A stretch of DNA of 64,000 nucleotides from the NCBI RefSeq assembly GCF_006345805.1, contig NC_043000.1, positions 149,544,001 through 149,608,000 on the forward strand, given 5' to 3'. Shown here one piece after another: positions 24,611 through 37,490 of the stretch. The stretch's first letter is position 1, and each line of letters opens with the position of its first letter. A model generated the notes under the pieces. It worked only from the letters and a program-made list of their open reading frames with translations, did no database searches and was not told the origin of the DNA. A program made the translations under genes and the position numbers. The stretch is from Octopus sinensis (taxonomy: Eukaryota).

Positions 24611-25550
24611 TTTGTCAGTTACCTTAAACACTGAAAACAGTTTTTTGTTTTGTTCGTGTTTTGTGGTTATTTGTATTAATTTTCCTTGCTTCTGAAGTAG
24701 GTATTTCTGTAGTCCTATGGTGGTTATTTTGTAATAGTTTTCTAGCTGTATGAGGACTCTACCACCTTCGATATGTTGTATATATAACTTTTTTATGTTA
24801 GATTTTGGGTGGTGCATCCTAAAACCTGTCATATTTTTCTTGTTTTCCTGTCTATTTTGATTAGTTCATTTAGAGTCCAGTTAAGAATATTATAATCTAC
24901 AACTAATAACTGCGACGGCTAAAATGTTGATTCCTACTCTCTTGTTCTTCGCATTGACCTCTGTTTTCAGTATTAATCTGACTCGTCTATAGCATTCTTT
25001 TCTTATCTTCTCTTTCATTTGTGTGTTGCATCGTATCTAGTTCATTGGTTCCTAATTATTTTTATGTCTGGCTTTGTCTAGTTCTCTTATTTCATTTGCT
25101 TTACCTAGTGATGTTACTACTCTTAATTAGTTTTCCTCTTTTCAGGGTTGCTTTGACACATTTTTCTAAGCCAAATTTCATGTTTATTTCTTTGGTAAAT
25201 CCATGTACTGTCTGTAGTTATTATTACTCCCAAGTATCCTAGCTGTCCTTAATAACATTGTTTTCTGGAGCTGTACTAAACTGAATTTTATGCTTCTTTT
25301 CTCTGTTCACCAGTTCAAATATCTAGGGATAGCTCCTAATGGACCTATAAATACTGGAATACATTTTACCCGCACTTTTCATAGAGTCTGGAATTTAATG
25401 GCTAGATCCTGGTACTTTTTCTATTTTTTCTATGTTGACTATTTCATCATTTGGAACTGAAAAGTCAATTATTTTGCACTTACTATATGAACAACGTTTT
25501 CCTCTTTTGATTTGCATAATCTACATTGGGAATCTACTTGGTTTTTGTCT
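24611..25550 (-). mobile_element. R4/Dong-type LINE 3' fragment, degraded
   Basis: HHPKSNIKKLYI...GGRVLIQLE matches the HPKADVxRLY...GGRGL region of R4/Dong elements. Confidence 0.7.
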
Positions 25551-25551
25551 A

Positions 25552-25777
25552 TACTCTTTTACTCTTTTACTTGTTTCAGTCATTTGACTGCGGCCATGCT
25601 GGAGCACCGCCTTTAGTCGAGCAATTCGACCCCGGGACTTATTCTTTGTAAGCCCAGTACTTATTCTATCGGTCTCTTTTTTGCCGAACCGCTAAGTGAT
25701 GGGGACGTAAACACACCAGCATCGGTTGTCAAGCAATGCTAGGGGGACAAACACAGACACACGAACACACACACATG

Positions 25778-25808
<31 letters not shown>

Positions 25809-25982
25809 ACATATATACGACAGGCTTCCTTCAGTTTCCGTCTACCAAATCCACTCACAAGGCATTGGTCGGCCCGGGGCTATAGAAGAAGACACTTGCC
25901 CAAGATGCCACGCAGTGGGACTGAACCCGGAACCATGTGGTTGGTTAGCAAGCTACTTACCACACAGCCACTCCTGCGCCTA
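25552..25982 (-). mobile_element. tRNA-derived CORE-type SINE (octopus OR-like) with internal (TA)n(TG)n
   Basis: tRNA-like head GGCGCAGGAGTGGCTGTGTGG...GGTTCAGTCCC, CORE-like TTGGGCAAGTG and (AAAGAGT)n tail. Multiple near-identical copies in the window. Confidence 0.9.
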
Positions 25983-25999
25983 TTTTGACTTTTATCCAA

Positions 26000-27850
26000 T
26001 TAGTCCTTAATGCTTGATCTTATGCAGCTACTAACAAACTGTCTGCCTCCCTTTTCAGCTTTCCTTTCTGTAGCCATAACCATGTCTCAGTACTACTGTT
26101 TGCTGAAACTATCTTTGGGAATCCACCATGCAACGCCTTCTCCTGCCAGTCAGATAATTTCCGTTCGTTTTCTGGTTTTTAAGTTCGCTTGGTGTTTTGG
26201 TTTCCCTGTGTCTTCCTGTGACTGTAGCAGATTTTCTTCAGTATTACCTACATAGGAGTCTATATTCTCTCTACATAACTACACGCACTCTTCTGCTGAT
26301 ATTAACCCTCTTTCGCCTTCTTTTCTAGGTAGGTATAATCTTGCTTCTCCTTCTCCTCCATTCATATTGAATTCCTTCCTAGCTCTTCTGTCTAGCTTTG
26401 CTAATTTAGTTTTTGTCCAATCTACAAAAGCTGCAGAGTATCTAAGTAATGATAATGCCCAAGTATTTACAGCCTTCACTAGATTCGGACCATTTGGCTT
26501 TGACTTCATTAGCTTCCTCACCCTTCTGATGTACTCCTCAATTTTCGTTTTCATTTCTGTAGTTAGTACACTGTCAGATTCTAAGATACTCATAACTTTA
26601 GTTGCTCATAACTCTCTCTTCCTTTCAATGATTTTAATGTCTGGCTCTCTGGCAATTGGATGCCTTCACTGTTGACCACCTGTCCCCTTCTCGTGACTAA
26701 TATTGCACATTTACATATGCCAAATTCCATGCCTATATCTTTGCTGAAGAGTCTTATAGTCTGTATTAAGGAATCTATCTCTTTTTCATTCATACTAAGA
26801 CTTCAGATCATCCATGTAGAGCAAATGATTAATTTTTTCATTGCTATTTCTGAACTGATACCCTGCCTTTGCCATCCTTAATACTAAACTGAGGGGTATT
26901 AAAGGAGACAAATATTAAAAGGGGCAGCTATTAAAGGGGACAACGAGTACCTGGAAAATTCCTCGTTTGATATTAACTTTCCCTAAGTGTGTGTCATTTG
27001 AGTAGAGATCTCCTTTACATTTCGTCATGCTAAAGCTAATTAATTCTTTTATATTGTCTGCTATACTGAATATACTCAAACATTCACTTATCCATGAGAG
27101 TGGGATCATGTCATAGACCTTACTATAATCTATCCATGATATTGTTAGATTTTTCTTTCTAGCTTTTACTTCATTTAGAAATGCTTTGTTTATATATAAA
27201 AGACCACCCCTTCCTCTAGCCTTCTCTCTGCAACCTTTCTGTTAATTTGGTAGTAACTTTTGGTTGTCAAAGTACTCGTAAATGTTTTCTGAACGCATTC
27301 CTGTTAACAACTTCCACACTTATGGTAAGCAAGTGATTGGTCTATAGTTGCTGGCTATATTACCCTTGTTCTAATCCTTCATAATGGGTATTGTACTCCA
27401 TCTAGTCATCCAAACTGGTATTATTTCTCCATTAAGGCAATCCTGAAGTTGTTCCCTCAGCCTTCCTAGTAATCTACTGAATTTCTTTAGCCAGTACCAT
27501 TGAACTAAATCTTATCCTGGGCCCTTCTAATTCGGCATTTTTCCTAATACTTTACTCATTAATGCACTAGTTAATTTTAGATCTGGCTGCTTCTCACTCA
27601 CTACTTCTTCCTTCACTTTCTTTAACCACTCTGCATCTTCATTATGATTGACTGGTTTATCTCGAATATTACTCCAGAACTTTCTAGCTTCATCTGCATT
27701 AGGTTCTTCACTATTTATTTGGTTATAAAATCTCCTCTAGTCTGTCTCAAATAATCTATTCTGTTGATACTGATCTATTCTTTTCTAATATCTGGAGAGC
27801 TTACCTGCTACTGCTATGATACGCTGTATCATGTCTGCATGTGTTACTTT
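26000..27850 (-). mobile_element. R4/Dong-type LINE RT fragment
   Basis: VNIKRGIFQ, FSKDIGMEFGICKCA, KAVNTWALSLLRY, ARLYLPRKEGERGL. Confidence 0.82.
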
Positions 27851-28593
27851 ATATGTATTCGAGTATTATGTATACCTGTCACGTGAGCTAAATTTCAGTT
27901 AAGCAGTTGAAATGTGAAGCTAACGGTTTAAGAAATACTCTTAATTTAAATGTTTATGAATAGAATTAACCTAGTGAAATCATAAATCCAGCTATCTGAG
28001 TCAATAAGTTCCTGAGGCTGGGCAATACTGGTTCGATGACTCACCGATGCTTTGTCAGTACTGTGCTTGTACCGTACGTGTGCGGTTGTGTACAAAGTTC
28101 GGATCTTTTCTTTTTGATGGACGGAATTTTCTAGTTAACTAAACAATTTGAAACTTCGTATACTGGTAGAATGTGTGAAAAGAAAACTTTATTGTAAACA
28201 AAATTGAAAACAAAATTGTAATTTGTAAGTTTAACGTAGTTTAATTCTTCGAATTTTAATCAATGAAATCCCAGTATTTGAGCTCAATTCATTTGCTGCG
28301 TCTAAGCAAACAGCACACACACACACACACGCATACGTGAACACTAAGTTCACATATTCCATTCACCTTCATAAACATCGCAAACAACTTTTGCTATATA
28401 TGGAAAATATGTAAAATATTAAGACATTTGACGAAAAACATCTGCAATGAAATTCTAATTGATAAATATGAGTTTTTATAAAAGCAAAACGCGGGTGGAG
28501 TAAATCTCGTAATGTGAAGAATCGGCAAAACATGCGGATGAAGTGAAACACAACACAACGCCCGTTTGTCATGGTAACAAGCTGTTAATTCCT

Positions 28594-28805
28594 TACTCTC
28601 TCTTTCTCTTTCTCTTTTACTTGTTTCAGTCATTTGACTGCGGCCATGCTGGAGCACCGCCTTTAGTCGAGCAAATTGACCCCGGCACTTATTCTTTGTA
28701 AGCCCAGTACTTATTCTATCGGTCTCTTTTTGCCGAACCGCTAAGTGACGGGGACGAAAAACACACCAGCATCGGTTGTCAAGCAATGCTAGGGGGACAA
28801 ACACA

Positions 28806-28878
<73 letters not shown>

Positions 28879-29040
28879 GACAGGCTTCTTTCAGTTTCCG
28901 TCTACCAAATCCACTCGCAAGGCATTGGTCGGCCTGGGGCTATAGCAGAAGACACTTGCCCAAGATGCCACGCAGTGGGACTGAACCCTGAACCATGTGG
29001 TTGGTTAGCAAGCTACTTACCACACAGCCACTCCTGCGCC
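28594..29040 (-). mobile_element. OR-like CORE SINE
   Basis: Near-identical to 25552-25982. Confidence 0.9.
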
Positions 29041-29637
29041 AGTCTGTTGATTGGCTGAAATTACCCAAATTTTCCAACTTTAATTCTAAATAACATCAGA
29101 TTCTTTAATTTACGCGATAAAGTAATTCGTTGATCGTAACCAAAATTCGTAGTTGTATCGATACACCAAAATTGAAAGCAATCTGAGCAAAATTAATAGG
29201 GGTTCATTTTGCAAATGAAAAAAAAAAAACTAGGTCCGAATTCTTTTTTATTTTTACTTTTTGCAGTTATTAGACTGCAGCCATGCTGGGGTACGGCCTT
29301 GAAGAATTTTTAGTCGCACAAAAAGTCTTTCGTTTTGTTCTATCAGAACTTACAGATTAATGAGGATGAGCTGACCTTTTGAACTTCCTCCGGCCGTTGA
29401 AGGTCTAACAAAATTATGGCGCCGAATCAAATGTACTTCTTATCGTTTTTATGTTTCTACACATTTCTTGAAGTAAATGCTTTCCCTTTTGTAAGAATTC
29501 AGACAATACGTACTTTGAGTAGTAAAGAGATTTGTGTTCTGTTATTCTATTCTACTTATTTATTTTCGATTGAATGTATTTTCATTATTTACATTATTTA
29601 TATTTGACGGATATTTGTCCTCATCTTGTTTGTTGTT

Positions 29638-29685
29638 AACACAACGTTTTGGCTGATATACCTTCCAGCCTTCATCAGGTGTGTT
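29638..29685 (-). ncRNA. Minimal type I hammerhead ribozyme motif, probably inactive (G12 to A)
   Basis: The minus strand reads ACAC-CUGAUGA-A-GGCUG(gaagguauau)CAGCC-AAAAC-GUU-GUGU, giving the core, stem II, a loop-less palindromic stem III and stem I. Confidence 0.6.
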
Positions 29686-29717
29686 GGGGAAATTTTGAAC
29701 CTAAGATATTTTTTTGA

Positions 29718-29750
<33 letters not shown>

Positions 29751-29754
29751 CATT

Positions 29755-30219
29755 GAGTGAGAGAGCAGTTCATGCCATCAAAGTGACACTGGGGTAAAAT
29801 ATACGAAGCCCAATATACCCATCATGACTACCCGTCTGATAAAGGTACACCAGGCACATGCATAACAACCATATGTGCGCGACATGGTGATCTCATATCA
29901 AGATAAACAGCACATGACCTTGCAGGTGGGGCCCAGTTAGAATTTTCTTCAGGTTGAGTAGCCCATCCCGCTCAAATGGGCCCTGAATAAGGGTTGTTTA
30001 AGGATGTTGAAAGAACCACCCATGTTTCCAGAGGTGAACCATTCAAACCCCAAAGAATCCCTCTCAACACATGGCTATGATGCTCCCCCACTACTTCTGC
30101 TCGTGATCAGAGATGCACATATCGTCAGCCACTAAGGGACATGCTCAACTGGTTACGGTCAAACAACTGACAAGCAAATCTGTGGTATTGAGCAGAATAT
30201 TTGCTGTAGCCCATCTTTT
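29755..30219 (-). mobile_element. ORF-less ~555-bp (TAA)n-associated retro-element, truncated copy 1
   Basis: Near-identical copies at 30271, 40256 and 49741, all adjoining (ATT)n. Strand inferred from the (AAT)n tail. Confidence 0.75.
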
Positions 30220-30226
30220 ATTATTA

Positions 30227-30270
<44 letters not shown>

Positions 30271-30785
30271 GAGTGAGAGAGCAGTGCATGCCATCAAAGT
30301 GACACTGGGGTAAAATATACGAAGCCCAATATACCCATCATGACTACCCGTCTGATAAGGGTACACCAGGCACATGCATCACAACCATATGTGCGCGACA
30401 TGGTGATCTCATATCAAGATAAACAGCACATGACCTTGCAGGTGGGGCCCAGTTAGAATTTTCATCAGGTCGAGTAACCCATCCCACTCAAAAGGTGCCT
30501 GATTAAGGGTTGTTTAAGGATGTTGAATGAAACACCCATGTTTCCAGAGGTGAATCATTCAAACCCCAAAGAATCCCTCTCAACACATGGCTATGATGCT
30601 CCCCTACTACTTCTACTCGTGATCAGAGATGCACATATTGTCAGCCACTAAGGGACATGCTCAACTGGTTAAGGTCAAACAACTGACAAGCAAATCTGTG
30701 GTATTGAGCAGAATATTTGCTGTAGCCCATCTTTTATACCAAGACAAAACAACGTACATGATAACACTTCCAGTTAGTTAAGATC
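30271..30785 (-). mobile_element. ORF-less (TAA)n-associated element, copy 2 (tandem with copy 1)
   Basis: Direct repeat of 29755-30219, separated from it by (ATT)n. Confidence 0.75.
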
Positions 30786-31424
30786 ATTATTATTATTATT
30801 ATTATTCAGGGCCACTGCCTGGAATCGAACTCTTAACCACCAGCCATATGCTCGTCAGATATATCCGTCAGATGTAAATAATGTACATAATTCCTCATCT
30901 CTTGAATATAGAATTGTATTGAATATATTTTGTTTACTTAAAAATTGTAATTTTGGAAAATAAAAGCTTCTTTTTTTTTACAATAACGATTTCTGTTTTT
31001 GCTTACGTGAAATTATATAAAAAAAATTATATTTGGCTGTTATTTCTAGCATGTGGAGAGAACTTCTAGGCTTAACTTCATGTGCTGGTTGAATATCACC
31101 CAAAAAAGATTCTGGGGTCGATACATTCGACTAAAAATTCCCCAAGGCGGTGCCCCAGCATGGCCGCAGTCCAATGACTGAAACAAGTAAAAAGATTTTT
31201 AGAAAATCGAAGAATAACCAACAGATTTGGCTGTTATTTCTTGCAAGTGGAGAGACCTTCAAGGCTTAACTTCATACGCTGGTTGAAAATCATTAAAAAA
31301 ATTCTGGGATCTATACATTCTATTAAAAATTCCTCAAAGTGGTACTCCAGCATGGCCACAGTCTGATGACAGCAAAAAAAACAAACAAAAAAACGAAAGT
31401 ATAACCGAAAAATATAACCATAGA

Positions 31425-32068
31425 ACTTTAGCAAGCTTAAAGCCCACTAATTTAATAAAATACCCGATAATCCTTCGATAGCTGTAAGAGTTAATCCAAT
31501 GAAAAACAACAACAATTCGTATGAGTTTTTGAGGCCTTAGAGCAGTGGTTTTCAACCAGGGTTCCGCCAGTACAGTGCAGGGGTTCCGCAAGAAGTTACA
31601 AAACTGCTAAAATCGGCAGTAATTTTTAATTCTCCTGTGCAGATATGTGTGCATAAGACAATTAAATTATTGCACAGAGGTTCCTCGAGCCAGTGGAATG
31701 TTTCCTTGGGGTTCCGCTTCAGCAAAAAGTTTGAAAAGCATTGCCTTAGAGCATTCGTACACAGCTTGAATATTTAACATTTTACAGAACAGAATGAAGT
31801 TGAATAAAATAAGGTTTTGGGTTTGCCGCCTTCCATGACTGGTATAATGGATTCCACTCATTTCAAATCGGCGCGGGTAGTCTAGTAGCAGAGAGGGAGA
31901 TGATGCAGTTAGCAGCAGGCTGCTTGGTGGACAAAAGATGCCCTTATTGGCTCTGCCCGTCTTTTTATCCCTCACTCACGAGCGCCACCTCGTTGTTAAC
32001 GATGTGACCAGGGGAGAAAACTCCAGATGACCCGCGAAGGTACATGGATTCAACTACGGTTGCCTACA
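31425..32068 (-). repeat. 3' LTR (contains a hAT MITE)
   Basis: Aligns to 37490-37916, begins TGTAG on the minus strand and is preceded by a purine tract. Confidence 0.88.
31543..31743. mobile_element. hAT-type MITE with 8-bp TSD CCTTAGAG
   Basis: Termini CAGTGGTTTTCAA and TTGAAAAGCATTG. CCTTAGAG at 31535-31542 and 31744-31751. Absent from the other LTR. Confidence 0.85.
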
Positions 32069-32080
32069 CAAACCTCCCCA
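32069..32080 (-). other. Polypurine tract
   Basis: TGGGGAGGTTTG immediately upstream of the 3' LTR TG on the minus strand. Confidence 0.65.
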
Positions 32081-32552
32081 ACACCGAAAGAAGAGAAAAG
32101 GTCGAAAAGACAGAGTAAAACTGTAGGCACCGAAGGAGATAATTGCTTTGTATTTCACAAGGCTGGACGGAGATACCGAGGGCGTGGGAATGACTATCAT
32201 GGAAAACGGCAAAAACGCGAACAATGCATGCAAACACAAGAATATGTAAATGAAAAGTTGCAGAATCTGTATGAATGTATGTAATGCAATGTTATGGTCG
32301 TGTGCAGGATGTGCCAGCCAGTGCAAGACTGAGGCACCAGGCGCCTGACATGCAAACGTGATAACAACTGTCCAGGAAACTGGAAAACATACGATGCAAG
32401 TGTCAAGGTATTTTAAGTTAGCAAGAGCGGTAGGTCGCTTACAGAGGCTAGTGTTGTAAACGCTTGCAGAGGGACTGGAAGTGCCAGCCTGTAGGAGCAA
32501 TGAGAAAGCAACTAAAATCGTAGAATGTGGTGCGTGAACATTGAAACAACAT

Positions 32553-32774
32553 ATACTCTTTACTCTTTTACTTGTTTCAGTCATCTGACCGCGGCCATGC
32601 TGGAGCACCGCCTTTAATCGAGCAACTCGACCCCGGGACTTATTCTTTTTGTAAGCCCAGTACTTATTCTATCGGTCTCTTTTGCCGAACCGCTAAGTAA
32701 CGGGGACATAAACACACCAGCATCGGTTGTCAAGCAATGCTAGGGGGACAAACACAGACACACAAACACACACA

Positions 32775-32840
<66 letters not shown>

Positions 32841-33005
32841 TACGACGGACTTCTTTCAGTTTCCGTCTACCAAATCCACTCACAAGGCTTTGGTCGGCCC
32901 GAGGCTATAGTAGAAGACACTTGCCCAAGGTTCCACGCAGTGGGACTGAACCCGGAACCATGTGGTTGGTAAACAAGCTACTTACCACACAGCCACTCCG
33001 GCACC
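32553..33005 (-). mobile_element. OR-like CORE SINE inserted in the Gypsy 3' region
   Basis: Same family as 25552-25982. Confidence 0.88.
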
Positions 33006-33186
33006 TGTATATATGATATATACAGAAAGAAAAAGTCATTGAGATGCACAAAGCTACAAATGCAATGCCAAAATTTGTGGATGCAAAGGCAAGGTAAGCA
33101 AGTATATACATGAAAAGGAAAAACGGAATAAATGCATTAAAAAGGCAAGTAAAAAAAAACAACAAAAAACAAATAGAATCTGAGTT

Positions 33187-36100
33187 TCACATAAAAATAG
33201 TTTTACAAAGTTTTTTAGGCCAATTAACGTGTCGGCCACTGCGGGTCGTCGTGACGTATGTTGGTGGGTGTGGGGAAGATGCGTGAAGCTGAACTGGTGT
33301 TTTATGCGGTGGTGCAGTATTTCCCTGTTGTATAGTGAAGGATGGGGGAGTATGAGGCTCTGGTGTGAGCGCGTTTGTATAGGCCTGTTTTAAGTCTATC
33401 AACCGAGACTGTTTCTCGGGAATCATTCAAGTCTATGGTGAAATGTTTATCATTGCGTGCCAACACGCGATAAGGTCCTGAGCAAGGAGAAGTGAGGGGA
33501 CCTCTCACTGCATCGTTACGTACAAAAACATGAGTCCACGAGGCGATATCTTTGGGTACCGCAGATTTTATCGTCTGCTGCCAAGTGTTCATTGGTGGAA
33601 GCTCCTGAAAGTATGCACGCAGGCGGTTAACATAAAGGGCAGGATCCTGAGTAGTAAGATCAACTGGTGCGAGCATCTGCCCCGGCAAGGACCATGGGGC
33701 ACCATAAAGCAGCTCAGCTGGAGAGAAACCAAGGTTCTCCTTAAATGATGTTCGGATACCGAGGAGAACAATAGGAAGATACTCAGTCCAACGCTGGGTG
33801 TCAAGAGAGGCTCGTAAAGCCGCTTTCAGCTGACGGTGGAACCGTTCGCGGCCGGATGGTAGCTGGTAGTCCTAATCCGTTGAGCCCCGATGATTTTTGC
33901 CAACTCGGAAAAAAGGTGTGACTCGAAATGCCTGCCGCGATCTTTAGTGATGGTGGTGGGGACACCATAGCGTGATACCCAATCTGTTACTAGGGCTCGC
34001 GCTACGGATTCAGCGGTAACGTCCGTTAACGGAATTGCTTCAGGCCAACGGCTGAAGCGATCAATACAAGTCAAGATATATGTGAACCCCTGACTGATAG
34101 GCCATGGTCCTACAATATCAATATGCACATGAGAGAAACGGGCGTCCAGGGAGTTAAAAGTGCCGAGGGGTGCCCAGATATGCTTGTGCACTTTAGATTT
34201 TTGGCATGGAAGACAGGCGCGAAACCATTCGGTAACATCCCGTCTCATGTTTGGCCAGAAAAATCTAGCTGTAATGAATTTTACCGAGGCCGCGATGCCA
34301 GAATGAATCAGATTATGCAAGGCATCGAAGACAACCTTGCGGTGCTTCTCTGGAACGAAGGGGCGAGGTGACTCCGTCGATATGTCACACAATATGCTCC
34401 TGTCGGCAGTTGGTATGGACAAGTATTTGAATTTACATGTTGCAAATTCAGCAGATGTGGTGTCAAATGAATCCAAAGGAGGCTGGTCTGAGGCTAAAGC
34501 CGTTAAGTCAATTACAGAAGTGGGTGCGAATGAATGAGTTGATTGGCAAACGGGACAAGGCGTCAGCAGCAGTGTTCTGGGTCCCCGAGATATGCTGAAT
34601 GTCGCCGGTAAACTGGGAAACAAAATCGAGATGTCTCGTTTCCCTCGGCAAATATTTTTCAGGCTTAGACCGTAAGGCGAATGTAAGGGTTTATGGTCCG
34701 TGTAGATGGTAAACTGTCTCCCTTCAAGGTAATGACGGAAGTGTTTTACTGCCAAGTAAATTACCAATAATTCACGTCCAAAAGTACTATAGCGGATCTC
34801 GGCGGGTTGCAGCTACCGAGAGAAAAATGCCAAAGGTTGCATATGCTCTTGATGGAACTGTTGCAACACATCGCCTACAGCTGTATCTGATGCGTCCACC
34901 ACAAGCGAAAGCTTTGCGCCATAAACAGGGTGCGCTAACAGCGAGGCTTGAGCGAGTTCACGCTTTACTGTTCGCAAAGCATCCATCTGGGAAGGTGAGA
35001 GTGAAATAGCTTCATTTTTGTTCTTGCGATCCTTTAAAAGCTCAGTAAGAGGAGCAAGGTGTTCTGCACAGTGAGGGATAAAATCGTCTGTAAAAGTTCA
35101 ATGATCCAAGGCAATGACGAAGCTGTCGGAGCGAGGTGGGAGGAGGAAGCTCTTGGATAGCACAGACTTTTTTCGGGAAGAGGCCTGATACCCACTTCAT
35201 CGATGAGGTGGCCAAGGAAAACAAGTGAAGATGATCCAAAAACACATTTAGCTGGATTTATTCTAACTCTGAATTGGGTCAGGCGTTGGAAAAGCAGCTT
35301 TAAATGTTGTGCGTGCTCATCAGCACTAGCACTGGCAATCAGCCGGTCATCAATGTAGGCATAGACGAAGTCCAGCCCACGAATGACCTCATCTATAAAA
35401 CGCTGGACTGTACCAGCGGCATTTCGCAGCCCAAAGGGCATTGACAGAAATTCAAACGCGCCAAACCGTGTTGTCACAGCAGTTTTAGGGATGTCCTCCG
35501 GGTGCACAGGAATCTGATGACAGGCCCGAACCAGATCGAGCTTAGAGAATACTGTACACCCCTGTAAAGATGAAGCAAAGTCCTGGAGATGAGGGATTGA
35601 ATAGCGATCCGGGATAGTCATAGCGTTTAGGCATCGGAAATCTCGAGTAGGGCGCCAATCGCCTGATCCTTTTGGGACCATGTGCAACGGTGAGGCCCAT
35701 TGGCTAGTGGAGGGGCGGATAATTCCTACCTGAAGCATGTGTTCAAACTCCGTCTTGGCTGCCTTAAGCTTCTCCGGAGATAGGCCACGAGGTCGAGAAA
35801 AAACAGGAGGCCCGGTGTAGCAATAAAATGTCTTGTCAAGTGGGCAGGGTTATATACCTGGAAGTTCAGTTTGGTCAACTCTGGGAAAGAGGCCAAAATA
35901 GCCTGATACCGATCACCAGCTGCGGATTTGAAGAAAACTGGGCTGGCTGCAGGAGTATTCGCCGTTCGTCCAGGAATATGGAGATCCGTGGTGCTGTCTA
36001 TCAGTCTCTGCTTACGTACATCAACCATGAGGGAAAAGAGATGGAGAAAATCTGCGCCTAGGATTTGATAGGGCAGATCAGCGATGATAAAAATCCATCT

Positions 36101-36391
36101 CAAGTCCCGTTGAAGGGCCAAATCCAGAGAAAGAGAAACCTGACCGTAGGTTGAAATGGGTGAGTGGTTGACAGCTTGCAGGGTAACATCTGATAGAAGA
36201 GGCTTGTCCTTGACGAATTTCAGCGGCCAAATACTACAGGCCGCACCGGAATCCACAAGGAAATATTTACTTGATGAATAATCTTTAACGAAAAATGCAC
36301 AGCTCTGGAGATATGTACTGGGAGCAGCCGTCGCGCTTAGCGTCCCGTAGTGGAGTTTCCCTGGCTCCCATAAGAGCACGGTTGAATGCAC
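33187..36391 (-). pseudogene. Gypsy pol (aspartic protease, RT, RNase H, integrase with GPY/F), frameshifted
   Basis: FLVDSGA, FSKLDL...MPFGLRNA...YIDD, HVHIDIVGP...CIDRFSRWPEA, SGPYRVL. Confidence 0.9.
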
Positions 36392-37200
36392 TTCCTAGCA
36401 TTCCGGCCAAAACGACGATGGTACCAGCATAAGTCTTGCGAGGGGGCAGGAGGTAAGGCACGTCGCATTGGGGAAGGTGACGGCTGAAAGTTCACCGTCG
36501 TGGCGCATTCTGAGTGGCACATAGGCTCTTCACCTGCTCGGTAAGTTCTCTGATAGCCTGTAGAGTGTCCGCCTGAGTGGAATCAGGCTGCTGGAGTGAG
36601 GCTACGACTGTTGAGGGAAGAGGGGAAATAGCAGCCAATTTGCTGTCTGCAGCTCCATTTCCAGTGTATTCTAAAATCCTATCCGCAGACAAGGCCAACT
36701 GGTCGATAGGAGAGGCTTCCATGCTGGGGGCAAGAATCCCCTGCACGTGCAAAGGCAAACGGGTGAAGAAAAACTGCTTTAGCAGGGAACTGTCTCTGGC
36801 AGTATCTTCCGTCAGCTCTCTCTGCGCAGCAGTTGAGTCGGCGTCCTGCCATCCAAATGTTCGTCGCAAACTAACGTGCGGAAACGCTTGGTCTCGGGTA
36901 CGGCCGTCCTGTGAATGATCTCACTCTTGACGAATGCGTACGTGGCATCTCTAGGGATGTCGATAATAATATCCTTGAGACTATTCACCAGTGATGGAGG
37001 GATGGAGCTTAGTAGGATATGTAATTGGTGTCGGTCGGACGAAATGTCGTTTGCCACGAAGTAGGAGTCCAACTGGGAAAACCATACTCGCACATCACCA
37101 CTAAAGGTTGGTACCGGTGAATGACTCGTTGTGAAATTGAAAGAAACAAACCAACAGGCGCAGTCCGACAAAACCTTCGTGACTCGTATCTCGCTCCCAA
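36340..37200 (-). pseudogene. Gypsy gag with CHCC motif, frameshifted
   Basis: PTFSGDVRVWFSQLDSYF, LLKQFFFTRLP, CWYHRRFGRNARKCIQPC. Confidence 0.85.
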
Positions 37201-37475
37201 CTTGTATATTAGAACCTACACGACGAATTAGGAGAATGTTGAGTAATGGCGGCGAGCAGGTAAAATCCCGGCGAAAACGAGGCAAAGCATTAAGACGCAT
37301 GCGTGAAGCGCATGGTCAAGCAATGGAGAGGAAAACTATTCGCCATGTTGTCAACAACAGAATCTTCGCACACGTGGATGACAAAAAAAAAGAGAACGAG
37401 CTATTTAAAATATATACTTTTTTGTTTTTTTGTTGATTGCTTCTTTGAAAGAAACTACCCGGCGGATAGTTTCCG

Positions 37476-37490
37476 ACGTCGGGGTCACCA
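37476..37490 (-). other. Primer-binding site complementary to tRNA-Trp
   Basis: TGGTGACCCCGACGT is the complement of the tRNA-Trp 3' end (...ACGTCGGGGTCACCA). Confidence 0.88.
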
